IMG/VR virus record: IMGVR_UViG_3300028048_000102
Location: 1-64,000 of that record
Origin: a virus
Lineage: Duplodnaviria; Caudoviricetes
Length of the DNA: 64,000 nucleotides
Direction: 5' to 3' (one strand)
Under the pieces are notes generated by a model that had not been told where the DNA came from, did no database searches, and worked only from the letters and a program-made list of their open reading frames with translations. The position numbers and the translations under genes are program-made. How positions within the stretch are numbered: position 1 is the stretch's first letter; each line of letters opens with the position of its first letter. Shown piece by piece: positions 40,867 through 49,644 of the stretch.

Positions 40867-41892
40867 ATGCTATCACCAAATTTTGATACTATTTATTTAA
40901 TGCTTGGATTTGATTGTAATGCTAGTTGTAAATATTGTTTACAAAAAGGTATTCAAAAATCTTTATCTACAGAAATAAATGAAGATATAATAGATTTTAT
41001 ATCAAGTTTTAACAATAAAAATTTTCTAGTTACTTTTATTGGTGGTGAACCTTTATTATATTGGGATAAAATTAAATATATTGTACAAAAAGTACATAAT
41101 AAAAAGGTTTATTCAAAGTATAGAATATTTACTAATGGATTGCTACTAGATAATGAGAAAATAGAATTTCTAAATAAAAATGATTTTAATGTTTCATTAT
41201 CATGGGATGGTATAAATACTAATCAAACTAGATCGTTTGATATATTTTCTATGAATAGTAAAATATTGAATATCAAAAATTTGCTAATAAATTCAATTCT
41301 TACTAAATACTCTTATCCTAGCGATATTATAGATGGAGTTATTAAGATAAATGAAAAGTATAAGAAAATTCATGGATATAATTTAAGAATGCATATAGAA
41401 CCATTTTGTGATACTGGTACTTGTAATCAAGATTCTCTTAATAATATGGACTATAATAAGTTATATGAAGAAATCTATAATTTAACTACTAAAGTTTTAA
41501 ATAATAATGGGGAAGATTTAATATATCAAGAATTTATCTTAGATAAGTTAAATAAAATAACTAATGGATTGAAATATGATCCAGTTATTAGTAGAGGCGG
41601 TTGCAAATGTGGTTGGAATCATCTAAATATGGATCTACAAGGTAATTTATATAGATGCCATAATACCATACAGTTAGTTGGAAATATAAATGATACCTTA
41701 GATATGTATTATAAAAAATTATCACAAGTAGATACTAGAAAAAGGGATACGAGATGTAGTGATTGTGAAGTAAGATGGCTTTGTCAAGGTGGATGTAAAA
41801 CAGTACCTGAAGAATTAGAAGAAAAATATTGCGAAGTTCAAAAAGCCTATTATATAGGATTTTATAAAGCTTTAGAAGACTGGGGGAAATAA
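40867..41892 (+). CDS. Radical SAM/SPASM protein 6
   Basis: CNASCKYC, GGEP, GNLYRCH, CSDC-x5-CQGGC. Confidence 0.9.
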   Translation: MLSPNFDTIYLMLGFDCNASCKYCLQKGIQKSLSTEINEDIIDFISSFNNKNFLVTFIGGEPLLYWDKIKYIVQKVHNKKVYSKYRIFTNGLLLDNEKIEFLNKNDFNVSLSWDGINTNQTRSFDIFSMNSKILNIKNLLINSILTKYSYPSDIIDGVIKINEKYKKIHGYNLRMHIEPFCDTGTCNQDSLNNMDYNKLYEEIYNLTTKVLNNNGEDLIYQEFILDKLNKITNGLKYDPVISRGGCKCGWNHLNMDLQGNLYRCHNTIQLVGNINDTLDMYYKKLSQVDTRKRDTRCSDCEVRWLCQGGCKTVPEELEEKYCEVQKAYYIGFYKALEDWGK

Positions 41893-41893
41893 T

Positions 41894-42994
41894 GTGTTAG
41901 GGTATAGTTTTGAAAGCGTTTATTTAATGCTAGGCTCAGATTGTAATGCAAATTGTTCTTATTGTTTGCAAAAGGGTAATACTAAAAAACAAAAATTTCC
42001 AGATAAATTGAATTATAAAGTAATTGACTTTATTGAGTTAATGGCTTCTAGATATTATGAATCACAAGAAAATACTCCAGTAAATAATAGAAAATATTTT
42101 TGGGTAACTTACTTTGGTGGAGAACCATTATTAAAATTTGATTTGATAAAAGAAGTAAATGAAGAACTTTTAAAAAGAGGAGTTATTTTTAGAAGTTCTA
42201 TAATAACTAATGGGTTATTATTAGATGAAGATAAAGTAAATTATTTCAATAAACATAATTTTGTTGTAGCACTTTCGCATGATGGGCTATACTCTAAGAA
42301 AAATAGAGGATATAATGTATTTGAAATAGTTGATTCTAATGTGATTATGAAAATAAATAGGTTAGCACTTAATGCAGTGCTAACTGTTAATTCTTATCTT
42401 GATGATATTATAGAAGATTATTTGAATATAAATGAGAAGTATAGTGAAGTTCATAATTATAATATTGAAATGAATATAGAAACTTTCTTAGATACTGGAA
42501 GTTGTAATCAAGAAAAGTTAGATGATTTTGACTATGATAAATTATATAATCAATCTTATAATTTAATGATGAAATATGCTAAAGGAAATTATAATGATAA
42601 AACTTTACCATCAAATAATTTAATATCAAAATATATCAAAGAATTTATATTAAAAGTAAAAAATAATATAAATTCCACTCCAGAAAGGGGTGGATGTTAT
42701 TGTGGCCGAAAGGTATTAAATTTAGATTTAGATGGTAATTTGTATAGCTGTCATAATTCAAGTTTCCCTATAAGTAGAATAGAAGATAGTATAAATGATT
42801 ACTTTATTAATCTAGGATGTGCAGATAGACGAGTAAATGTTCCTCCATGTGAAGATTGTTATGTAAAGTTCCTTTGTGTTGGAGGATGTAAAATGGTTCC
42901 TGAAGAACTAGATGAAAAATACTGTAAGATGCAAAGAGCTTTTTATGGTGGATTTATAAAAGCTTTATGCGATTGGGGTGAAAATTGTGATTAA
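41894..42994 (+). CDS. Radical SAM/SPASM protein 7 (close paralog of protein 6)
   Basis: CNANCSYC, FGGEP, GNLYSCH, CEDC-x5-CVGGC; shares DTG.CNQ and VPEEL.EKYC with protein 6. Confidence 0.9.
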   Translation: MLGYSFESVYLMLGSDCNANCSYCLQKGNTKKQKFPDKLNYKVIDFIELMASRYYESQENTPVNNRKYFWVTYFGGEPLLKFDLIKEVNEELLKRGVIFRSSIITNGLLLDEDKVNYFNKHNFVVALSHDGLYSKKNRGYNVFEIVDSNVIMKINRLALNAVLTVNSYLDDIIEDYLNINEKYSEVHNYNIEMNIETFLDTGSCNQEKLDDFDYDKLYNQSYNLMMKYAKGNYNDKTLPSNNLISKYIKEFILKVKNNINSTPERGGCYCGRKVLNLDLDGNLYSCHNSSFPISRIEDSINDYFINLGCADRRVNVPPCEDCYVKFLCVGGCKMVPEELDEKYCKMQRAFYGGFIKALCDWGENCD

Positions 42995-43529
42995 TTATTA
43001 TCTTAAGTTGGGAAAGGTTATTAAAGGTAAAAAATTAGATAATAATTACTATATTGGAACTAATTTTGTTTATGAATCTGAACAAGAACCAGAGAAACAT
43101 AAACAATTATACCATGGTAATTATTTAATAATGGATACATGGGGTGATAATTGGTTTTTAAAATTACCATATGATAATGCTAGTGGAAGTGTTCTTTTAA
43201 GTGGTTTAGGATTAGGTGTTTTACCTAATTTATTATTAACTAAGACAGAAGTAACAGAAATATTAATAGTTGAAAAAGAAAAATCTATTATTGATTATAT
43301 AAAACAATATATAGATTCTGATAAAGTTAATTATATTTGGATGGATATAAGAGATTATCATCCAGATAAAGAATTTGATTATTGTTTTATTGATATTTGG
43401 TGTGACGAAAATAGAAAAGAAAGAGAATCAGATGAGAAAATATTACTTGAAAATCTTTCATCATATTGTAAGAGAATTGATTTTTGTCAAACTTTAGAAG
43501 AAGCTAAAAAATATTGTGGGGAGGAATAA
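42978..43529 (+). CDS. Class I SAM-dependent methyltransferase (spermidine-synthase-like fold)
   Basis: VLLSGLGLG motif I, ILIVE, FDYCFIDIW. Confidence 0.75.
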   Translation: MKIVINYYLKLGKVIKGKKLDNNYYIGTNFVYESEQEPEKHKQLYHGNYLIMDTWGDNWFLKLPYDNASGSVLLSGLGLGVLPNLLLTKTEVTEILIVEKEKSIIDYIKQYIDSDKVNYIWMDIRDYHPDKEFDYCFIDIWCDENRKERESDEKILLENLSSYCKRIDFCQTLEEAKKYCGEE

Positions 43530-43532
43530 ATT

Positions 43533-44150
43533 ATGGCATATGGTGAATGGTTACCAAAATTAAATCCACAGTATGGTGGATTTGAAGATGGTGATGTAAT
43601 AGCTTATGAAGAAAGAGATAATATAGTTGGATATAGAAAAGCTAATTCCAATGATAAGTTTATTATTGGTGTAGTTTGTAATGGCTGTACTGCATTTAGT
43701 CATACAGAACCAAATCCATTCTTTTATGATTCTGCTGGTAATGAAATAGAATTTAAAGATAATCAGGAAAAAACTTCATATGGATTTATTCCTGTAGCTT
43801 TAAATGGTATTGTTAGAGTCAAATTCAAAGGCGAATTTGTTTCTGGTGGATTAGTGTGTATGTCTGATGTACAAGGAGTATCAAGATTACAAACTAATCC
43901 TGATACTGAAGTAGCTTTTGGTAAACTCTTAAATGATATAAGTCCTAGTGAAGGTGAAGAAGAATCAATAAGATATGTAGATATAATACTATTAGATAAT
44001 AGTATTCTTACTAAAATTGATAATACAGATCAGGAAACTGAAGCTTTAATTGCTGAGAACAAAGAATTAAAGGAGCAAGTTTCTGAGCTTAATGATGCAT
44101 TATTAGAAGTAATGTTTGGTTCAGAAGAGGAATCTTTTGATGAATTATAA
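43533..44150 (+). CDS. Stand-alone peptidase-G2-like chaperone domain with C-terminal coiled coil (tail fibre assembly)
   Basis: YGEW..GDVI..IIGVV..IPVALNGIVRVK, similar to the C-terminus of 36490; ends ELNDALLEV. Confidence 0.6.
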   Translation: MAYGEWLPKLNPQYGGFEDGDVIAYEERDNIVGYRKANSNDKFIIGVVCNGCTAFSHTEPNPFFYDSAGNEIEFKDNQEKTSYGFIPVALNGIVRVKFKGEFVSGGLVCMSDVQGVSRLQTNPDTEVAFGKLLNDISPSEGEEESIRYVDIILLDNSILTKIDNTDQETEALIAENKELKEQVSELNDALLEVMFGSEEESFDEL

Positions 44151-44164
44151 GGAGTTGTTAAATT

Positions 44165-44329
44165 ATGGCAAGTTTTTTGGCAAGAAATCTTATTGCAGGT
44201 AAAATCAAATGGTCTCAGATTGAGAATTCTAAGACTTATGCTAAGTATGCGGATGCTACACTTGTAATACTGGAAGAACAAGGTTACATAATTGATGAAA
44301 ATGGTAATTGTGTACCAGCCTCTAACTGA
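44165..44329 (+). CDS. Small phage tail-module protein (CD1375/XkdX-like position), 54 aa, not in ORF track
   Basis: AAGGAG RBS; MASFLARNLIAGKIKW...; typical position after a fibre-assembly gene. Confidence 0.55.
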   Translation: MASFLARNLIAGKIKWSQIENSKTYAKYADATLVILEEQGYIIDENGNCVPASN

Positions 44330-44408
44330 AAACTATCTAAGAAGTTAATTCAAGAATTATTTTTACATAGTAAAAATATAGTAAGAAAAATTATAAGCTA
44401 ATAACTGT

Positions 44409-44434
44409 TCCCTCTACCCAATTGGGTAGAGGGA
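44409..44434. terminator. Bidirectional CCCTCTACC-family hairpin
   Basis: Between convergent units; TCCCTCTACCCA-AT-TGGGTAGAGGGA. Confidence 0.7.
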
Positions 44435-44440
44435 TATATA

Positions 44441-44752
44441 TTATTCATCATTTCTCATATTGAGTAATATTTCACCAGCATATAAATATTTCTTAATATT
44501 AGAAAATTTATCTTCAAATTTGAATATATTATTCTTTCTATCTACCCAATATATAATATCTTCTGGTATATAGTCTAAAGCTACTGTATTATATGTAAAT
44601 ACTTCAATTTTTTCATATTTACTATACTCCAGAAATTTATCAATTTCTCTCTCCATAATATGGGGATGATAATCAAATTTCTTTTCTTTTATACCTTTAG
44701 ACTTTAAGAAATCTATTTGTTTTTCTGTTTCTGGTACATATACTTTTAGCAT
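44441..44752 (-). CDS. Hypothetical protein, paralog of 44769
   Basis: Shares KVY.PE..QI.FLKS..IKE.KFDYHP. Confidence 0.65.
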   Translation of the reverse strand: MLKVYVPETEKQIDFLKSKGIKEKKFDYHPHIMEREIDKFLEYSKYEKIEVFTYNTVALDYIPEDIIYWVDRKNNIFKFEDKFSNIKKYLYAGEILLNMRNDE

Positions 44753-44768
44753 TTATTTTTCTCCTTCC

Positions 44769-45095
44769 TTAAGAATAATATTCTTTTGCTATCGTACTAA
44801 GTAATGTTTTTCCAGCATAAAGATAGTTTGATATATTACCAAACTTCTCTTCAAATTTAAGTATTGTATTTCTCTTATCTACCCAATATAAATATTTTTT
44901 AGGTATAAAGTCCAATGCTAAAGTATTATATGTATATACTTCTAATGAAGTATTATAATTTTTATCTACCCATTCATCTACTTTATCAAATAAAATACTT
45001 GGGTGATAGTCAAATTTCTCTTCTTTGATATCTCTAGACTTTAAAAACTCTATTTGAGCATCACTTTCTGGAATATATACTTTCATTTTAGTCAT
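44769..45095 (-). CDS. Hypothetical protein, paralog of 44441
   Basis: High identity along the whole length. Confidence 0.65.
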   Translation of the reverse strand: MTKMKVYIPESDAQIEFLKSRDIKEEKFDYHPSILFDKVDEWVDKNYNTSLEVYTYNTLALDFIPKKYLYWVDKRNTILKFEEKFGNISNYLYAGKTLLSTIAKEYYS

Positions 45096-45270
45096 AAATC
45101 ATACCTCTTAAACTTAGATTCTATTTCTTTCTTTTCTAAATCAAAATCTTTTTCTTTTTTAAATATCATTCTCCATGTATAAACAATCAAGATTCCTATA
45201 AGTATAAGCATTAATATAACAAATATCAGATATATTATTCCTAAATATGTAATTACTTCTAGTATATCCA

Positions 45271-45534
45271 TTACTTAGTAATCCTCCTGTCATAATAATC
45301 TACTTTATCTCCATAGTTTATATAATCTAATTGTTCAGAGTCATAGTACTTAATAGATTTTTTGAGTTTCTCTGTTTTATGTATATCATCTTTTACAAGC
45401 CGTACTATCTCTATATATCCTTTATACATCATAGCACTAAGTACAAGCATCATTACACATGTAATAATGCCACAAATTCTAATAAATATTGTATCATCCA
45501 ATAATTTCATCTCCAAACAAAGTAAGTTGCTCAT
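45271..45534 (-). CDS. Small membrane protein
   Basis: One hydrophobic segment; start may be ATG 45510. Confidence 0.5.
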   Translation of the reverse strand: MSNLLCLEMKLLDDTIFIRICGIITCVMMLVLSAMMYKGYIEIVRLVKDDIHKTEKLKKSIKYYDSEQLDYINYGDKVDYYDRRITK

Positions 45535-45913
45535 ATTTAGGAAGAGTAACCTCTTTTTCTTTTTCTTTGAATCTTAACTCCTCGCATTTGAATCCATTAT
45601 CATTTAGCCACTTAGAAACTAAATGTCTATGACAGAACTTTTCTGGAGATTCAAAGCACACTAAAATCCTATTTCTTAATTCTCTTTCTACAATCTTAGG
45701 ATCAAGAGTACTAAGATAATTATTATAATCAATAGTATATTTATTTACATCCCTTGTTTCTTTATATCTATAAAGAATATCTTTAGGAGGAGCTAACTTA
45801 GGATATCTAGGAATAAAAATTCCTTTTGGTACATATAAAGCTATGCCAACACATCTAGTTTTCTGATATGAAGACATTTTCTTCATTGCCGCAAAATAAG
45901 AAGTATATATCAT
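45494..45913 (-). CDS. DUF488-like protein
   Basis: MIYTSYFA..LAP..LVCFE....CHRHLV pattern. Confidence 0.7.
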   Translation of the reverse strand: MIYTSYFAAMKKMSSYQKTRCVGIALYVPKGIFIPRYPKLAPPKDILYRYKETRDVNKYTIDYNNYLSTLDPKIVERELRNRILVCFESPEKFCHRHLVSKWLNDNGFKCEELRFKEKEKEVTLPKYEQLTLFGDEIIG

Positions 45914-46158
45914 AATTCTACGTCTCCTATTATTTCTTTAATTTTATCTTCATCTTTAGCCCATACTACTTCAAAACTTTTAAAAGAATCTTTATATCTA
46001 GTAACCATATACACATATGGTTCAAGAGCACTTATTGGTCTTAAATGGTGAAAATCTAATCCCATTGTCATTTCTCTACTAATAACTACAGCTTGTTTTC
46101 TTTCATCATTATTAAATTTATAGTGAATAATATCTCCTTTTTGTAATAACGCTAACAT
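45910..46158 (-). CDS. Small hypothetical protein
   Basis: ATGA overlap with the DUF488 gene. Confidence 0.55.
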   Translation of the reverse strand: MLALLQKGDIIHYKFNNDERKQAVVISREMTMGLDFHHLRPISALEPYVYMVTRYKDSFKSFEVVWAKDEDKIKEIIGDVEL

Positions 46159-46204
46159 GTAATATCACCATCCCCTTAATACTAAGTAATTTTATAATTA
46201 AAAA

Positions 46205-46220
46205 TATACTATATATATGA
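46205..46220 (+). promoter_or_regulatory. Putative early promoter (copy 7)
   Basis: TATACTATATATATGA. Confidence 0.7.
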
Positions 46221-46256
46221 GTAAGTAAAAAGCTCAAATAAAAGGAGGAAAATAAA

Positions 46257-47132
46257 ATGAAATTAAAAGGTAAGACTGGAGGATCTTGGTCAAAGATCGT
46301 AGAGTTTAATAAAGGAGAATACATTCATAAATTTAGTGCTCGAGCAATTCAGTTTGCTGATCCAAGTTTTGTATTAAAGCATGAAATTATTAGTATCGAT
46401 GGTACTGAGAAATATGTAAACAAATTTATATTTGCAATTTATGATATCAATGTAATAGAAAGATATGATGTATCTTTATTCATTGATCATCACAAAGATC
46501 TTCATAATTATAAGGATATCTTAACAACTAATCTTCTTTACTATATAAATAGAAGAAAGAAAATATTAGAAAAAGTTCATCCTAGAATGACCAATGAAGA
46601 ATTATATGAGGCTGTAAAAAGTTCGAAGAATAGGTTCTCAGCAGATTTTATAATATATAGTACTAAAGAAGGAGATAAAGGAGATAGAAAAGTACGAATA
46701 TCTTTAGCTAATATAGAAATATATAGCAAAAAGTATTACTTAGTTGCAGTTCAAATTAAAACTAAAGATGGTTGGGACTTAAAATCAATTTCATATGGCG
46801 GAAGAGCATTTAAATTGGTAGATGCTAAGAATGGAATTATAAATGTACCAGATGCTATCTTCCATTATAGTAATGGGAAACTAATTGCTTCTCCAGTATT
46901 TATTGGATATGAGAATGGATACATTAATGGATACATGAGAAAGAAATTAGAAGAATTAGTTAATGTAGCAATAGATTACATGAAAGAAAAAGGTAAAGAA
47001 AAACCATTCCTTAAGCTTAGAACTGATTATCGTGATTATGATACATATGTATATGGTATTCCTAAGTATGATAAAACTAAGCTTGCTAAAGAACTCAGAT
47101 TGGATAATGAAAGCTGGGTTTTGCCATTTTAA
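46257..47132 (+). CDS. Hypothetical basic protein
   Basis: AGGAGG RBS, early promoter. Confidence 0.7.
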   Translation: MKLKGKTGGSWSKIVEFNKGEYIHKFSARAIQFADPSFVLKHEIISIDGTEKYVNKFIFAIYDINVIERYDVSLFIDHHKDLHNYKDILTTNLLYYINRRKKILEKVHPRMTNEELYEAVKSSKNRFSADFIIYSTKEGDKGDRKVRISLANIEIYSKKYYLVAVQIKTKDGWDLKSISYGGRAFKLVDAKNGIINVPDAIFHYSNGKLIASPVFIGYENGYINGYMRKKLEELVNVAIDYMKEKGKEKPFLKLRTDYRDYDTYVYGIPKYDKTKLAKELRLDNESWVLPF

Positions 47133-47187
47133 TAATATTTATATCCCAGAGCTTTATGCTCTGGGAATATATTTAGGAGGAATTAAT

Positions 47188-47910
47188 ATGGAAAAGAAAA
47201 TTATAGAATGTAATGTTAATGGTTTCAAAATGTTATATACGGCTGAAATCAATAATATGGATTATCTTGGAGAGGAAAATCTTAATAAAAAATATATACA
47301 TGTTAAGTGTACACTTTCTAGTAAGAAAACAGAGGAAACACTGTCTTATAAAAAGGTATATAGTTTAGATGTGAGTAAATTAGATACTCCTGATAATATT
47401 AAAACCTTTGTATGTGAAATTTTATATGATATTGATATTTCTTATAATAAAAATAGATTTATTGAAAAACTTACTGAAATTATAAAAGAATATAAATCCA
47501 AAAATTTAAATTTTGATAAATTAGAAGAATATTTTGATAATGATGATGATATTCATAGTTATTATTTAAGTAATGAGTTTAGTAGTTATATGGAATTTAT
47601 ACCAGTTAATGCTAATATTGAGTTTAATACAAAATTAGCTATATATCCATATTATTACAATAAATCATATAATCTTCATGTAAAATTAACATATTCTTAT
47701 ACTAAGTGGGATGATACTTTTGAGTATAAAATAAACTCAGTTAGTCATCTAAATAATAAGTGTGACTATGAAAAAGTAACTCTTGATATTTTAAGATTAA
47801 TACATTATAAAGGATATGTAAATCCTACTATAAATACATTTAATACTGTATTTGACATGGTTGAATATTGTTTTGATAATGATTTGTTTAAGAATATTGA
47901 TCAATTATAA
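47188..47910 (+). CDS. Hypothetical protein (tandem family member 1)
   Basis: ATG 47188 with AGGAGG RBS; C-terminus YCFDNDLFKNIDQL shared with the next gene. Confidence 0.65.
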   Translation: MEKKIIECNVNGFKMLYTAEINNMDYLGEENLNKKYIHVKCTLSSKKTEETLSYKKVYSLDVSKLDTPDNIKTFVCEILYDIDISYNKNRFIEKLTEIIKEYKSKNLNFDKLEEYFDNDDDIHSYYLSNEFSSYMEFIPVNANIEFNTKLAIYPYYYNKSYNLHVKLTYSYTKWDDTFEYKINSVSHLNNKCDYEKVTLDILRLIHYKGYVNPTINTFNTVFDMVEYCFDNDLFKNIDQL

Positions 47911-47923
47911 AGGAGAAAATAAT

Positions 47924-48652
47924 ATGGTGGAAAAAGAACTTTTAAAATTTGAATTAAACGGATGCGTGTTTACTTATACAGGTATAATTAATGATCAGGA
48001 TTTTACATTTATTCATATCAATTGTATTATATCAAATAGTGTCAATTGTATTATATCAAATAGTGATTCAGAAGATACAATAGAATATTCATATGGAGAT
48101 GTATTGAATCAAATAAACAAATCAAATATTTTAGAAAAAGCTAATAATATTGCAGAATTGATGAATATATCTTATTGTAAGAATAAATTTATTAATGAAC
48201 TTGTTAGTTTCATTAATGATGAATATTTACTCAAGCAAATAAATACATCTAAATTGATAGAATACTTTAATAAATCTGAGCATATGGATAAGTTATCTCA
48301 TGCATTTGATAGCACTAAATTTGAAGATAGAACTGGCAAAATTTTTAATACTTATTTAAATATTTATCCATATTCTTTTAATAATAAATTCTTATTGCAT
48401 GTAAATTTAGATTATAGAGATATTGGAGATGATATTATTCCTTATCTGCTCAATAATCTTACTACTTTTGAATTAGAGTTAGCTTCTAGCAATTATCAAT
48501 TAAGTAGATTTGAAAAAGATGCAATAAATCTTTTAATGAAAATACAGAGTATTGGTAATGTAATTCCAAATATTGAATCTGTTTTAGATACAATAGATAT
48601 GATTAAATATTGTTTTGATAATAGATTGTTTAAGAATATTGATCAATTATAA
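47924..48652 (+). CDS. Hypothetical protein (tandem family member 2)
   Basis: ATG 47924 with AAGGAG RBS; ends YCFDNRLFKNIDQL; internal 24-bp duplication at 48018-48065. Confidence 0.65.
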   Translation: MVEKELLKFELNGCVFTYTGIINDQDFTFIHINCIISNSVNCIISNSDSEDTIEYSYGDVLNQINKSNILEKANNIAELMNISYCKNKFINELVSFINDEYLLKQINTSKLIEYFNKSEHMDKLSHAFDSTKFEDRTGKIFNTYLNIYPYSFNNKFLLHVNLDYRDIGDDIIPYLLNNLTTFELELASSNYQLSRFEKDAINLLMKIQSIGNVIPNIESVLDTIDMIKYCFDNRLFKNIDQL

Positions 48653-48665
48653 AGGAGAAAATAAT

Positions 48666-49502
48666 ATGATTAAAGAAATTATTAGCTCAGAATACTGCGG
48701 AATAAGGATTATATTTGAAATCAATATAAATCATAAATATCAGAATAAAGCTCAAATAATCCAGAGAAGTATTCTAAATGATAATGTTACAGAAAAAATT
48801 ATAACTCTAGACTTATCTACTTTAGGAAATAAGTGCAATAGAAGTAATTTAGATGCTATATCTGAAGATATTGCAAATAGATTCAAAGTTGATGAAAATA
48901 TCAAAGAAAAGTTTATAAATAATTTAACTGATATCCTCATTAAGCAAATTCAATGTAATACTGATTACTTAAAAGAAGAAGATTTAGAATTAATCAAGAG
49001 TAATTATAAATATGATAAACAATATTTGATGTTGCATTTGATTCATACATCTTCAGATTCTAAAGATGATTTTAGATTAAGTCTTAGAATTTACGGATAT
49101 GCTATATTACCAAAAGGATGTGAAGAACCTGATGAATATGATTATGAAGAAGCTGAAAGATTTATACTTGCAGAAGTATCTAGAGATAATTATTTAGAGA
49201 ATCCTTCTATCTTTATTTATAATATAGGATTTATAGATAAAGGATTTGGAATGATGATGAGAACTGAAGCTGCTTCAAATGATCTATTAAATGATATAAT
49301 ACACAAATATATAGATAATATAGAGGATGAATCATGTATTACATTTGGAATGGATAGAGAAGATATTAAGAAAATTAAAAAGAATGACGATCTTATTATC
49401 AATATTCCTGAATTAATAGCTGAAATAATGGTTTCATTGAATGTTAATGATGAAGAGCATAAGAAGATAGTATTCTTTAAATCTGATTCAAAAGAAGAAT
49501 AA
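48666..49502 (+). CDS. Hypothetical protein (possible diverged family member 3)
   Basis: ATG 48666 with RBS context identical to 47924. Confidence 0.6.
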   Translation: MIKEIISSEYCGIRIIFEININHKYQNKAQIIQRSILNDNVTEKIITLDLSTLGNKCNRSNLDAISEDIANRFKVDENIKEKFINNLTDILIKQIQCNTDYLKEEDLELIKSNYKYDKQYLMLHLIHTSSDSKDDFRLSLRIYGYAILPKGCEEPDEYDYEEAERFILAEVSRDNYLENPSIFIYNIGFIDKGFGMMMRTEAASNDLLNDIIHKYIDNIEDESCITFGMDREDIKKIKKNDDLIINIPELIAEIMVSLNVNDEEHKKIVFFKSDSKEE

Positions 49503-49506
49503 GAAA

Positions 49507-49522
49507 TATACTATATATATGA
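49507..49522 (+). promoter_or_regulatory. Putative early promoter (copy 8)
   Basis: TATACTATATATATGA. Confidence 0.7.
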
Positions 49523-49644
49523 GGGAGTCAGAGCTATATGCTCTGACTCTCTTTATATTAGTTTAAGGAGGAATTTAGATTTTTAGTTTAAAAAAGACAA
49601 TATACTAGTTGAGTATATATAAATGAAGAAAAGGAGAAAACAAG

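Noticed and set aside
31922-42994. rSAMs as QueE/NrdG/base-modification enzymes or anaerobic sulfatase maturases
   Set aside because: All carry SPASM-type Cys sets, unlike QueE/NrdG. No que, nrdD or sulfatase genes are nearby, while Cys-rich candidate substrates are adjacent. Not fully excluded without a search.
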